A stretch of DNA of 64,000 nucleotides, taken from an uncultured Clostridia bacterium (lineage in GTDB: Bacteria; Bacillota; Clostridia; TANB77; CAG-508). The notes below the pieces were generated by a model. That model was not told where the DNA came from. It saw nothing but the letters and a program-made list of their open reading frames with translations, and ran no database searches. The stretch covers positions 23,050 to 87,049 of the forward strand of contig CAKPIG010000004.1 in NCBI GenBank assembly GCA_934162255.1. Direction: 5' to 3'. The translations under genes and the position numbers were made by a program. Below, in pieces: positions 1-11,721 of the stretch (positions within the stretch are counted from its first letter, which is position 1; every line of letters begins with the position of its first letter).

Positions 1-1
1 G

Positions 2-1261
2 GGAAAAATAGCATTACAAAATATAAAAAATCTAGAAAACACTATTTTTTTAGGAGAACTTTCTCTTGACGGTAAAATTAATAGAATAAATGGAATTCTA
101 CCAATGTGTATGGAAGCAAAATCTTTAGGAATAAAAAGAGTAATATTATCTAAGTATAATGCAAATGAAGCAGCAATAATAGAAGAAATAGATATTGTTG
201 CAGTATCGAATTTACAAGAATTAATTGAATATTTAAATGGTAAAAAAATTATAGAAAAAACTATATCTAATAGTAAACTTGCAAATGAAAAATATATGAT
301 GGATTTTTCTGAAGTAAAAGGACAAGAATATGTAAAAAGAGCACTAGAAATTGCGGCAGCAGGAAATCATAATTGTCTTTTAATAGGTCCACCAGGATCA
401 GGAAAAACTATGCTTGTCAAAAGACTAAATACAATTATGCCAGATTTAACATTAGATGAAGCAATAGAAATTACTAAAATACATAGTATAGCAGGAGAAC
501 TAAAAAATGATGGAATTATAACAATAAGACCATTTAGAATGCCACATCATTCTGTAACAATAAATACAATAATAGGAGGAGGGAGAAATCCTAAACCTGG
601 GGAAATTAGTTTGGCTCATAAAGGAATACTATTTTTTGATGAAATGCCAGAATTTAATAAAAGTATTTTGGAATCTTTAAGAGAACCATTAGAAAATAAA
701 GAAATTTTTATAAACAGATTAAATGGTAATTATAAATTTCCATGTGATTTTATATTTATAGCAAGCATGAATCCATGTCCATGTGGAAATTATGGTGATA
801 CTATAAAAGAATGCAAATGTACAACAACAGAAATACGCAGATATGTGAATAAAATAAGTGAACCATTATTAGATAGAATAGATATTCATATTAATGTAAG
901 AAGGGCAGAATATGAGAAAATCAACTCAAAATTAAAATCTGAAAGTTCCGCAAAAATAAAAGAAAGAGTAAATATTGCAAAAAATATACAAAGAAATAGA
1001 TATAAGAAATATTTTATAAGCTCAAATTCTGAGTTATCGCCAGCGTTAATTGAAAAGTTTTGTAATATAGATGAAAAAGGTGAAAGGCTTTTAAAAAGTG
1101 CTTTTGTAAAACTAAAATTAAGTGCAAGAGCGTATCAAACAGTGTTGAAAATTGCAAGAACAATTGCAGATTTAGAAATGAAAGAAAATATAGAATATAC
1201 GCATATTGCAGAAGCAATACAATATAGGAGTTTAGATGGAAAATTTAATAATAGAATATAG
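2..1261 (+). CDS. comM: YifB/ComM family Mg-chelatase-like AAA+ ATPase. It is 5' partial: the reading frame is open from the window start.
   Basis: Frame 2 is open from nt 2. Walker A GPPGSGKT is present, with a Cys cluster CPCGNYG...C typical of the YifB/ComM C-terminal part. Confidence 0.9.
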   Translation, partial: GKIALQNIKNLENTIFLGELSLDGKINRINGILPMCMEAKSLGIKRVILSKYNANEAAIIEEIDIVAVSNLQELIEYLNGKKIIEKTISNSKLANEKYMMDFSEVKGQEYVKRALEIAAAGNHNCLLIGPPGSGKTMLVKRLNTIMPDLTLDEAIEITKIHSIAGELKNDGIITIRPFRMPHHSVTINTIIGGGRNPKPGEISLAHKGILFFDEMPEFNKSILESLREPLENKEIFINRLNGNYKFPCDFIFIASMNPCPCGNYGDTIKECKCTTTEIRRYVNKISEPLLDRIDIHINVRRAEYEKINSKLKSESSAKIKERVNIAKNIQRNRYKKYFISSNSELSPALIEKFCNIDEKGERLLKSAFVKLKLSARAYQTVLKIARTIADLEMKENIEYTHIAEAIQYRSLDGKFNNRI

Positions 1262-2114
1262 CAGCAGACATTATCCACCCAATTTAAGAAAAATAGATAA
1301 ACCTCCAAAGAGGTTATATATACAAGGAAATTTAGAAATATTAGAAAATCATGGAATTGCAGTTGTAGGCTCAAGAACTAACACACAATATGGTGAGAAA
1401 ATGTGTAAAATATTTACAAAAGAACTTGTAAAATATGATTTTAATATTATAAGTGGATTGGCCAAAGGAATAGATACAATTGCACATACAACTGCAATAA
1501 AAAATGGAGGAAAAACAATAGCAGTACTTCCATGTGGAATAAAAAATATATATCCAAAGGAAAATATTTCATTAGCAAAATCTATATTAGAAAATGGAGG
1601 ATTATTAGTAAGCGAATATGAAAATAATGAAAAAGCTGATTCAAATAAATTTCGAGAAAGAAATAGAATTGTTGCAGGACTTGGAATTGGAACATTAGTA
1701 ATAGAAGCTGGAGAAAAAAGTGGAACAAATATTACTGCAAGACATACAATTTTACAACAAAAAACACTATTTGCAATACCAAGCAGTCTAGAAAATAAAA
1801 AAGGAATAACAGCTAATAATTTAATAAAAAAAGGAGCAAATCTGGTTACAAAAATTGAGGACATATTAAATAAATATCCAGAAATTAATTTCAAGGTAAA
1901 AGATATAGATGAAAAAGATATATACATTGATATTCCAAAAGATTTAATAGAAATATATAAAACTATAAATGATGAACCTAAAACAATAGATGAAATCATA
2001 ATTAAAACTGGATTATCAGTAAATGAAGTGAGTTCTAAAATAACATTATTAGAAATTGAAGAAAAAATAATACAACTTTCAAATGGAAAATATGTAAGAA
2101 AGAATGATGAGTAA
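1236..2114 (+). CDS. dprA: DNA processing protein DprA (Smf), full Rossmann domain plus C-terminal winged-helix domain
   Basis: Motifs VVGSRTNTQYG, GLAKGIDTIAHTTA and NRIVAGL...GEKSGTNITA are present, with a C-terminal DML1-like tail. AGGAG lies 8 nt upstream of ATG. The gene overlaps the comM stop. Confidence 0.9.
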   Translation: MENLIIEYSSRHYPPNLRKIDKPPKRLYIQGNLEILENHGIAVVGSRTNTQYGEKMCKIFTKELVKYDFNIISGLAKGIDTIAHTTAIKNGGKTIAVLPCGIKNIYPKENISLAKSILENGGLLVSEYENNEKADSNKFRERNRIVAGLGIGTLVIEAGEKSGTNITARHTILQQKTLFAIPSSLENKKGITANNLIKKGANLVTKIEDILNKYPEINFKVKDIDEKDIYIDIPKDLIEIYKTINDEPKTIDEIIIKTGLSVNEVSSKITLLEIEEKIIQLSNGKYVRKNDE

Positions 2115-2470
2115 TGAAAAAGAATAAGAGACAATTTGGAAAAGAAGGAGAAGAAATTGCTGAAAAATATTTGAAAAAACAAAGATATAAAATTATATGT
2201 AAAAATTTTTATACTAGAAAAGGTGAAATCGACATAATTGCTAAAAAAGAAAAATTAATAGTTTTTATAGAAGTAAAAACAAGAACTAATTTTAAATATG
2301 GAACACCTGCAATGGCTGTAAATAGTACCAAGATTAGGCATATGAAAACAGCTGCAAAAATTTTTTTGATGTTAAATAAATTTACAAAATGTTCAATAAG
2401 GTTTGATGTAATAGAAATTTATAAGACAGAAAATGACTACAAAATAAATCATATACAGCAAATAATATAA
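2114..2470 (+). CDS. yraN: YraN/UPF0102 family endonuclease-like protein
   Basis: 118 aa with GEIDIIA...IVFIEVKTR, a PD-(D/E)XK-like core typical of UPF0102. The start overlaps the dprA stop (TAATGA). Confidence 0.8.
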   Translation: MKKNKRQFGKEGEEIAEKYLKKQRYKIICKNFYTRKGEIDIIAKKEKLIVFIEVKTRTNFKYGTPAMAVNSTKIRHMKTAAKIFLMLNKFTKCSIRFDVIEIYKTENDYKINHIQQII

Positions 2471-2533
2471 AAGCTTGAAAAAATAGGAAAAACAAAGTAT
2501 AATATATTGGAATAAAAAAGAAAGGTTATCAAT

Positions 2534-3394
2534 ATGAACAATATATTAGAAGAAACAAAACTTATAATGAAAAAATATAATATAAAAGCAAATAAAGACT
2601 TAGGACAAAACTTTTTAATAAGTAACGAAGTTGTAGAAAATATAATTAATTGTAGCCAAATAGAAGATGATGACATGATAATAGAGATAGGACCAGGTTT
2701 AGGAGTATTAACAAAATATCTATTGCAAAAGGCTAAAAAAGTAATATGTATAGAATTAGACTATAAAATGATAAGAATATTAAAAGATAGATTTGAAAGT
2801 CAGACAAATCTAGAAATAATCAATGGGGATGTTCTAAAGGTTAATCTGAAAGAAATAATAGACAATAATAAAAAAGAACTTGGAATAAAAAAAGTAAAAG
2901 TAGTAGCTAATTTGCCTTATTATATAACAACACCAATAATAATGAAACTATTAGAAGAAAAGTTAGATATAGATAGTATAACTGTAATGATTCAAAAAGA
3001 AGTTGCTGATAGATTAATAGAAACTCCTGGTGGAAAAAATACAGGAGCAATAACATATACAGTATATTATTATTGTAAGTCAGAAAAAATAATGGAAGTA
3101 CCTAATAATTCATTCATACCTGAACCAGAAGTAACATCTGAAGTAATAAGAATGAATTTAAGAAAAAAGCCAGCAGTTGATATTGAAAATGCCAAAGTAA
3201 TGTTCATGATAATAAAAAGTGCTTTTATGCAAAGAAGAAAAACACTTTTAAATGCATTAACAAATACAAAAGTATTTATTAACAAAAATGAAGGAATGGA
3301 AATATTGAAAAAACTAAATCTAGATGAAAATATTAGAGCGGAAAACTTAACATTACAGGATTTTGCCAATATTGCAAATGAAATAATAAAATAA
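2534..3394 (+). CDS. rsmA: 16S rRNA (adenine1518/1519-N6)-dimethyltransferase RsmA/KsgA
   Basis: GQNFLIS near the N-terminus, the SAM motif IEIGPGLGVLT and the NLPYYITTPII motif. Confidence 0.93.
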   Translation: MNNILEETKLIMKKYNIKANKDLGQNFLISNEVVENIINCSQIEDDDMIIEIGPGLGVLTKYLLQKAKKVICIELDYKMIRILKDRFESQTNLEIINGDVLKVNLKEIIDNNKKELGIKKVKVVANLPYYITTPIIMKLLEEKLDIDSITVMIQKEVADRLIETPGGKNTGAITYTVYYYCKSEKIMEVPNNSFIPEPEVTSEVIRMNLRKKPAVDIENAKVMFMIIKSAFMQRRKTLLNALTNTKVFINKNEGMEILKKLNLDENIRAENLTLQDFANIANEIIK

Positions 3395-3407
3395 GGAGAG
3401 AAAAACA

Positions 3408-4352
3408 ATGAAAATTGTATTTATGGGAACCCCCGATTTTGCAAAAGACTCATTAGAAGCAATTTATAATGCAGGACATACAATCTTAGGAGTTGTAACA
3501 AATCCCGATAAGCCGAAAGGAAGAGGAATGCAAATGATTGCATCTCCTGTAAAAGAATATGCATTAGAAAAAAATCTTATGATATATCAACCTGAAAAAA
3601 TAAAAAATAATATTGAATTTATTGAAAATATAAAACAGCTAAATCCTGATGTTATATGTGTAGTGGCATATGGAAAAATATTACCTGAAGAAATATTAAA
3701 AATTCCTAAAAAAGGATGTATAAATGTACATGGCTCATTACTACCACAATATAGAGGAGCTGCGCCAATACAATGGGCTGTATTAAATGGAGATAAAACT
3801 ACAGGAATAACAACAATGTATATGGACGTAGGAATGGATACAGGAGATATGATATTAAGAAAAGAGGTTCAAATAGGAAATGATGAAACAACAGGAGAAC
3901 TATGGGAAAGGCTCTCAAAAATAGGTGCAGAATTATTAGTAGAAACATTAGAAAAGATAGAAAATGGAAGTGCACCAAGAATACCGCAGGGAAATGATTT
4001 TTCAATAGCTCCAATGTTAAATAAAGAAATATCAAAAATAAAATGGAATGAAAAAAATTCAGAACAAGTAAAAAATCTAGTAAGAGGACTTAATCCAATA
4101 TTAGGAACATATTCTTATATGAATGGTAAGAAAATAAAATTTTGGAAAGTAGAATCATTATCAGATGATGAAAAAAGTGTTGATAAAATTCCTGGAACAG
4201 TAGTAAAATCGGACAGTAAAGATGGACTATATATAAAATGCAAGAATGGAATAGTAAAAGTAATTGAAATTCAAGGAGAAAATGCAAAGAAAATGAATAT
4301 TAAAGATTTCTTAAGAGGAAATAAAATAGAAGAAGGAAGCAAATTTGAATAA
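3408..4352 (+). CDS. fmt: methionyl-tRNA formyltransferase
   Basis: MKIVFMGTPDFA, the NVHGSLLPQYRGAAPIQWA catalytic motif and a C-terminal Fmt domain. RBS AAGGAG. Confidence 0.95.
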   Translation: MKIVFMGTPDFAKDSLEAIYNAGHTILGVVTNPDKPKGRGMQMIASPVKEYALEKNLMIYQPEKIKNNIEFIENIKQLNPDVICVVAYGKILPEEILKIPKKGCINVHGSLLPQYRGAAPIQWAVLNGDKTTGITTMYMDVGMDTGDMILRKEVQIGNDETTGELWERLSKIGAELLVETLEKIENGSAPRIPQGNDFSIAPMLNKEISKIKWNEKNSEQVKNLVRGLNPILGTYSYMNGKKIKFWKVESLSDDEKSVDKIPGTVVKSDSKDGLYIKCKNGIVKVIEIQGENAKKMNIKDFLRGNKIEEGSKFE

Positions 4353-4398
4353 AAAAAGACAATAATGAACATAATGTATCTGAAAGAGAGGTGCGATT

Positions 4399-4836
4399 AT
4401 GAAAGAAAATATAAAAAAACTAAATGAGCTTCTAAGTAATTTAGAGGTATATAATGTAAAATTACAAAATTATCACTGGAATGTTACTGGAAAAGGTTTC
4501 TTTACAACACATGAGAAACTAGAAGAATATTATGAAGAGGCAAGAACACAAATTGACGAAATAGCAGAACATATACTAGCAATGGGATATCAACCATTAG
4601 GCACAATGAAAAGCTTTTTAGAAAGTTCAGAAATAAAAGAAGCTCAAAATGATAAAATAAAAACACTTGATATAGTAGAAAAAGTAAAAGAAGATATAGA
4701 AATTTTAATGAAAAAAGTAATACAAATAAAACAAAATGCAGAAAAAGATTTAGATTATGGAACATCAAGCCTTATGGATGAATATATAAAATCATATGCA
4801 AAAAAATTATGGATGCTAAAAGAATGTGAAAAATAA
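4399..4836 (+). CDS. dps: Dps family DNA-binding ferritin-like protein
   Basis: 145 aa with NYHWNVTGKGFFTTHEKLEEYYEE, the ferroxidase-site pattern of Dps. Confidence 0.85.
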   Translation: MKENIKKLNELLSNLEVYNVKLQNYHWNVTGKGFFTTHEKLEEYYEEARTQIDEIAEHILAMGYQPLGTMKSFLESSEIKEAQNDKIKTLDIVEKVKEDIEILMKKVIQIKQNAEKDLDYGTSSLMDEYIKSYAKKLWMLKECEK

Positions 4837-4958
4837 TTCAAAAGATATTGAAAAAAACATAGAAATATGTTATACCTAAAGAAGATAGATTAAAAAAAAA
4901 CCGAATTTTTCGGAATAATATTTTTTAATCTATTTTTTTTATTTTAGGAGGTAGTAGA

Positions 4959-6563
4959 ATGAACACAAAATACGTATTTGTAACAGGTGGAGTTGTTTCA
5001 GGTTTAGGAAAGGGAATAACAGCAGCATCAATAGGAAGATTATTAAAAAATAGAGGATATAAAGTAACAATACAAAAATTTGACCCATATATAAATGTAG
5101 ATCCAGGGACTATGAGTCCGTATGAACATGGAGAAGTATTTGTAACAGATGATGGAGCTGAAACGGATTTAGATTTAGGACATTATGAGAGATTTATTGA
5201 TGAAAATTTAACTAAAAACTCTAGTGTTACTATGGGAAAAATATATTCAAGTGTAATAGAAAAAGAAAGAAGAGGAGATTATCTTGGAAAAACAGTTCAA
5301 GTAATTCCACATATAACGAATGAAATAAAAGAAAAAATATATAGTTTTGAAAATACTAATATAGATATAGTAATAACTGAAATTGGAGGAACAGTTGGAG
5401 ACATAGAAGGGCTTTCAATAATAGAAGCAATAAGACAAATTGGACTTGAAAAAAATCCAGAGGATGTTATATATGTTCATGTAACATTATTGCCATATAT
5501 TTTGGGCTCAAATGAAATAAAATCAAAACCAACTCAACATTCTGTAAAAGAACTACAAAGTCATGGAATAATGCCTAATATATTGGTTTGTAGAACAGAA
5601 AGAGACATACCAGATAATATAAGAGAAAAATTAGCTTTATTCTGCAATGTAAGAAAAACAAGTGTAATCCAAAATAAAACAGCAGATAATTTATATGCTG
5701 TACCACTTATGTTAGAAGAAGAAGGGCTTGCAAGAGAAATATGTAATCATTTAAGATTAGACAAATATGTACCAGATAATAGCAATTGGAAAGAAATGAT
5801 TGATAATGTAAAAAAAATAGGAAATGAAGAAGTAACAATAGCAATAGTTGGTAAATACGTAAAATTAGAAGATTCATATTTATCTGTAATAGAAAGTCTT
5901 CACCATGCAGGATTTAAAAATCAAGTTAAAGTAGATATAAAACTAATCGATAGTGAGAATATAAATAAAGAAAATGCAAAAGAAAAATTGAAGAATATAC
6001 AAGGAATAATTGTACCTGGAGGATTCGGAAAAAGAGGAATTGAAGGGATGATAGAAACAATAGAATATGCAAGAGAAAACAAAATTCCTTTTCTAGGAAT
6101 ATGTTTAGGAATGCAAATGTCAGTTATCGAATTTGCAAGGAATGTTTTAAAATTAAAAGATGCAAATTCAGAAGAATTTGATGAAAAAACTAAAAATCCT
6201 GTAATCCATATAATGAAAGAGCAAATAGGAATAGACAAAAAAGGTGGAACCATGAGACTTGGGGCATATCCATGTATATTAAAAGAAAAAAGTTTAGCAA
6301 AAGAATTATATGACAAAGAAAAGATATCAGAAAGGCATAGACATAGATATGAATATAATAATGAATATAGAGAAAGATTAGAAGAAGCTGGATTAATATG
6401 CTCAGGAATATCACCAGATGGAAAACTAGTAGAAATAGTTGAATTACAAAATCATCCATACTTTATAGCAAGTCAGTTTCATCCTGAATTAAAATCAAGA
6501 CCTAATAATCCTGCACCATTATTTTTAGGATTAGTAGAAGCAGCAAAAAAAATAAAATTTTAG
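4959..6563 (+). CDS. pyrG: CTP synthase
   Basis: Begins [20 protein letters not shown]. The glutamine amidotransferase motif GICLGMQ is present in a 534-aa product. Confidence 0.96.
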   Translation: MNTKYVFVTGGVVSGLGKGITAASIGRLLKNRGYKVTIQKFDPYINVDPGTMSPYEHGEVFVTDDGAETDLDLGHYERFIDENLTKNSSVTMGKIYSSVIEKERRGDYLGKTVQVIPHITNEIKEKIYSFENTNIDIVITEIGGTVGDIEGLSIIEAIRQIGLEKNPEDVIYVHVTLLPYILGSNEIKSKPTQHSVKELQSHGIMPNILVCRTERDIPDNIREKLALFCNVRKTSVIQNKTADNLYAVPLMLEEEGLAREICNHLRLDKYVPDNSNWKEMIDNVKKIGNEEVTIAIVGKYVKLEDSYLSVIESLHHAGFKNQVKVDIKLIDSENINKENAKEKLKNIQGIIVPGGFGKRGIEGMIETIEYARENKIPFLGICLGMQMSVIEFARNVLKLKDANSEEFDEKTKNPVIHIMKEQIGIDKKGGTMRLGAYPCILKEKSLAKELYDKEKISERHRHRYEYNNEYRERLEEAGLICSGISPDGKLVEIVELQNHPYFIASQFHPELKSRPNNPAPLFLGLVEAAKKIKF

Positions 6564-6632
6564 TTCTTATTTACATAGAAATGAATAAAATAAAGATGAA
6601 TGTGAACTTTATGTGAAAAATAAATAAAAGTA

Positions 6633-6661
6633 TTGACATTATGAAAAAATGGGTATATATT
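6633..6661 (+). promoter_or_regulatory. sigmaA-type promoter of groESL (TTGACA, 17 nt spacer, TATATT)
   Basis: TTGACA at 6633-6638, a 17-nt spacer, TATATT at 6656-6661. Confidence 0.7.
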
Positions 6662-6662
6662 A

Positions 6663-6993
<331 letters not shown>

Positions 6994-7006
6994 AAAGGAA
7001 GGATGA

Positions 7007-8647
<1,641 letters not shown>

Positions 8648-8655
8648 ATAGATAA

Positions 8656-8682
8656 AGAGTAGGATAAAAAATCCTACTCTTT
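8656..8682. terminator. bidirectional rho-independent terminator between groEL and the convergent minus-strand gene
   Basis: AGAGTAGGAT aaaaa ATCCTACTCT, a 10-bp perfect stem, followed by T residues. Confidence 0.8.
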
Positions 8683-8690
8683 GCGTGTTA

Positions 8691-9038
8691 TTAAATACAA
8701 AATGAAATTAACTCAGCTCTAAGAGCTAAAGCTTCATCAACAAGTACTACCTGATTTAAAAGTTCTTGTTGAAACTGCAACATGCCGTTTAAGTCCAGGC
8801 TAACAAAAGTTCTAAGGTCAATGCTAACCCTAAGAGTTGACTTGGAAACTGAACCAGAAACCTTAGAAATAGTATCTAAATAAGCCATTAAAGAGTCATA
8901 GTCTGACTCTTTCATCCATTTGTCAACCTGCTTAAATGGAATAGCAGCTAAAATGCCCTGTTGAGTAAACTTTTTTGCCCAACTTAAAAACCGAAGATTC
9001 CAGTCATTTTCTTTTAACATTTCTTCACTTAATAACAT
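8691..9038 (-). CDS. hypothetical protein, 115 aa, acidic, no TM segment, no recognisable family
   Basis: Clean ORF convergent with groEL. It has its own AT-rich upstream region and terminator. Its GC is above the genome background. Confidence 0.6.
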   Translation of the reverse strand: MLLSEEMLKENDWNLRFLSWAKKFTQQGILAAIPFKQVDKWMKESDYDSLMAYLDTISKVSGSVSKSTLRVSIDLRTFVSLDLNGMLQFQQELLNQVVLVDEALALRAELISFCI

Positions 9039-9239
9039 AATACAGTCTCCTCCTTTATAGATATAAAAGAAAAATAAATTATAATAATATCTTGATTATA
9101 TAGTATATTATGTCAAAAGTCAAATTATGCATATAAAAAACTATATATATAAAATTTTGCATAGTATGTATACATAAATTGTAAAAAATAATAAAAAGTG
9201 ATATAATATAAATTACAATATATATTTGGAGGTAAAAAA

Positions 9240-9422
9240 ATGAATGCAGTGAAGAAGGATCAGAAGGAATTGTGGGAACTCCCTGGTTGGGAGAAGAACA
9301 AAATTGAAACCTCTGCAATGTCATTTGCAGAGGTATGGGACAATTTAAGACTTGGATTAAGAGCCTGGATACAAAAAGATGAGTTTGGAGAAATCCAAAT
9401 CATGTCACTGAAAATCATTTGA
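9240..9422 (+). other. small gene of uncertain nature: 60-codon ORF, or structured small RNA, with its own promoter and terminator
   Basis: An extended -10 TGaTATAAT sits at 9199-9207. GGAGGT lies 8 nt before ATG 9240. A 60-codon ORF is rich in host-atypical codons (AAG, CAG, CTG, CTC, CCC). A perfect internal hairpin CCTCTGCAA...TTGCAGAGG is present. A terminator follows at 9433-9458. Confidence 0.5.
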
Positions 9423-9432
9423 ATCCTAAAAT

Positions 9433-9458
9433 AGAGCACCAAATGGTGCTCTGTTTTT
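9433..9458 (+). terminator. rho-independent terminator
   Basis: AGAGCACC aaat GGTGCTCT followed by GTTTTT. Confidence 0.8.
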
Positions 9459-9478
9459 ATCAAAAACATTAAAAAAAC

Positions 9479-9507
9479 TTGATTTTACTATAGAAATGCA
9501 GTATAAT
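9479..9507 (+). promoter_or_regulatory. sigmaA-type promoter of alaS (TTGATT, 17 nt spacer, TATAAT)
   Basis: TTGATT at 9479-9484, an exact 17-nt spacer, TATAAT at 9502-9507. It lies downstream of the 9433-9458 terminator and about 34 nt upstream of the alaS ATG. Confidence 0.65.
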
Positions 9508-9540
9508 CATATACGAATTTATAGAAAAGGGAGATCAACT

Positions 9541-11292
9541 ATGAAAGCAATAGAAATAAGAAATAAATACTTAAATTTTTTTAAAAAGCATGGACATGCA
9601 ATAATTCCATCAGCACCAATAATACCAGAAAATGATCCATCTGTATTATTTACAACAGCAGGAATGCAACCATTAGTACCTTATTTATTAGGGGAAAAAC
9701 ATCCTGCAGGAACAAGACTTACAGACTATCAGAAATGTGTAAGAACAAATGATATAGATGAAGTTGGAGATAATAGACATCTAACATATTTTGAAATGCT
9801 TGGAAATTGGTCATTAGGGGATTACTTCAAAGAAGAATCTATACAAATGAGTTATGACTTTTTGACACAAGAGCTAGGAATACCGGCAGAAAAAATATCA
9901 GTAACATGTTTTGCAGGTGATGAAGATTGCCCTAGAGATACAGTTACTGCCGAATGCTGGAAAAAAGCAGGAATTCCTGAAGAAAGAATATACTATTTTG
10001 GAAAAGATGATAACTGGTGGATAGCTGGAGAAGAAGGACCATGTGGACCAGACACAGAAATGTTCTATGATACAGGAAAACCAAAATGTTCAGATAAATG
10101 TGATCCATCATGTGGATGTGGTAAATATGTAGAAATATGGAATAATGTATTTATGGAATTCTTGAAAAAAGATGGGAAATATACAAAACTATCACAACAT
10201 AATGTAGATACAGGACTTGGATTAGAAAGAATGGCAATGTTACTACAAGGAAAAGAAACACCATTTGAAACTGAATTATTTGCACCAATAATGGACAAAC
10301 TAGAAGAATTACAAAAAGTTGACAATATAGCAAGTAGAAGAATTGTAGCAGAGCATTTACGTTCAAGCATGATGATAATATGTGATGGAGGAAGACCAAG
10401 TAATGTAGATAGAGGATATATCTTGAGAAGACTTATTCGTAGAATGGTAAGACATATGAATAAACTACAAATAGCTTTGGATGAATTATCAACATTAATA
10501 TATATAAATGTTGATAACTTAAAAGAAATGTATCCTGCATTAGAAAAAAATAAAGATATAATAAAATCAGTAATATTAGAGGAAAAAGATAAATTTGTAA
10601 AAACACTTGAAAAAGGAGAGAAAGAATTTTCAAAAGAAATAGAAGAAGTAAAATTAAAAGGAAATGATACAGTACCAGGAAAAATGGTATTTAGACTATA
10701 TGATACATATGGTTTTCCACCAGAAGTAACTGAAGAATTAGCTGCAGAAAATGGAATGAAAATAGACAAAGAAGAATTCAATAAATTATTTAAAGAACAC
10801 CAAGAAAAATCAAGAGCAGGAGCAGAACAAAAATTTAAAGGTGGATTGGCATCAACAGGAGAAATGGAAACAAAATATCATACGGCAACACATCTTTTAA
10901 ATGCAGCATTAAAGATTGTACTTGGACCTCATGTACATCAAAGAGGAAGTAATATTACAGCAGAAAGAATGAGATTTGACTTTTCACATCCAACAAAAAT
11001 GACAGATGAGGAGAAACAAAAAACAGAAGACTTAGTAAATGAATGGATAAAAGAAGCAATTCCAGTAGAACATAAAGAAATGAAAAAAGAAGAGGCTATA
11101 AAGTTAGGTGCAGAAGCAATGTTCATTGAAAAATATGGAGATATTGTATCTGTATATAAAATAGGAGATAAATCACTAGAAGTTTGTGGAGGACCTCATG
11201 TATCAAATACATCAGAGCTAGGTCATTTTAAAATAAAGAAAGAAGAATCAAGCTCTTCAGGAGTTAGAAGAATTAAAGCTATATTAGATTAA
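9541..11292 (+). CDS. alaS: alanine--tRNA ligase, short form (catalytic, tRNA-recognition and editing domains; no C-Ala domain)
   Basis: RBS AAGGGAG before ATG 9541, which is more likely than the ORF-track start at 9496. Class II AlaS motifs are present: FTTAGMQP, DYQKCVRTNDIDEVGDNRHLTYFEMLGNWSLGDYFK, GPCGPDTEMFYD and VDTGLGLERM. The editing-site motifs HTATHLLNAALKIVLGPHVHQRGS and CGGPHV are present. The protein ends about 20 aa after CGGPHV. Confidence 0.85.
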   Translation: MKAIEIRNKYLNFFKKHGHAIIPSAPIIPENDPSVLFTTAGMQPLVPYLLGEKHPAGTRLTDYQKCVRTNDIDEVGDNRHLTYFEMLGNWSLGDYFKEESIQMSYDFLTQELGIPAEKISVTCFAGDEDCPRDTVTAECWKKAGIPEERIYYFGKDDNWWIAGEEGPCGPDTEMFYDTGKPKCSDKCDPSCGCGKYVEIWNNVFMEFLKKDGKYTKLSQHNVDTGLGLERMAMLLQGKETPFETELFAPIMDKLEELQKVDNIASRRIVAEHLRSSMMIICDGGRPSNVDRGYILRRLIRRMVRHMNKLQIALDELSTLIYINVDNLKEMYPALEKNKDIIKSVILEEKDKFVKTLEKGEKEFSKEIEEVKLKGNDTVPGKMVFRLYDTYGFPPEVTEELAAENGMKIDKEEFNKLFKEHQEKSRAGAEQKFKGGLASTGEMETKYHTATHLLNAALKIVLGPHVHQRGSNITAERMRFDFSHPTKMTDEEKQKTEDLVNEWIKEAIPVEHKEMKKEEAIKLGAEAMFIEKYGDIVSVYKIGDKSLEVCGGPHVSNTSELGHFKIKKEESSSSGVRRIKAILD

Positions 11293-11308
11293 CTAAGGAG
11301 GAATGATT

Positions 11309-11656
11309 ATGGATAATAATTGTTTATTTTGTAGAATTATAAAAGGAGAAATACCATCAAATAAAGTCTATGAGGATGAAGAAGTTTTAGCATTCAATGA
11401 TATAAATCCAGCTGCACCAATACATGTATTGGTAATTCCCAAAAAACATATAACATCACTTGCAACAATGGAAGATGGTGAAGAAAATGTTATTAGTCAT
11501 ATTTACAAAGTAATAAATGAAATTGCTGAAAAGCAAGGATTTAAAGAAAAAGGATATAGAGTAATTGTAAATTGTGGTAAAGATGGAGGACAGGAAGTAG
11601 GACATTTACATTTTCATCTATTAGCAGGAACACAATTAGGCGAAAAAATTGTTTAA
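11309..11656 (+). CDS. HIT family (histidine triad) protein
   Basis: HLHFHLL histidine-triad motif. N-terminal CLFCRII. RBS AAGGAGG. Confidence 0.9.
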   Translation: MDNNCLFCRIIKGEIPSNKVYEDEEVLAFNDINPAAPIHVLVIPKKHITSLATMEDGEENVISHIYKVINEIAEKQGFKEKGYRVIVNCGKDGGQEVGHLHFHLLAGTQLGEKIV

Positions 11657-11721
11657 AAGCTACCAATTTATTAAAATATATGATATAATATATGTATATG
11701 TTTAATAGTTGGAGGTAATAT

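Noticed and set aside
1349-2182. 277-aa minus-strand ORF antisense to dprA
   Set aside because: It has Phe/Ser/Ile-rich low-complexity translation typical of antisense frames in AT-rich DNA, no RBS, and complete overlap with a well-supported gene. The same applies to ORFs at 10065-10781, 13934-14572, 29915-30547, 57200-57676, 24819-25259 and other listed F/L-rich minus-strand ORFs.
4880-4958. pyrG reiterative-transcription attenuator as in B. subtilis
   Set aside because: The hairpin at 4900-4918 followed by T-run looks like the dps terminator. No GGGC initial transcribed sequence with a complementary leader hairpin is evident.
9240-9422. SRP RNA, 6S RNA or other named ncRNA at the small atypical locus
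   Set aside because: Only a weak resemblance (GAAGGAA) to SRP domain IV. The length of about 220 nt and the absence of the conserved GGUCAGG...AGCAGCC core argue against it. It is kept as unclassified.
9214-9460. Possible T-box riboswitch leader for alaS
   Set aside because: No AGGGUGGNACCGCG-like T-box sequence and no AG-bulge or GA-motif were found. The UGGU is on the 3' arm of the terminator, not upstream of its 5' arm. A consensus promoter sits between this terminator and alaS, so the element more likely terminates the small upstream gene.
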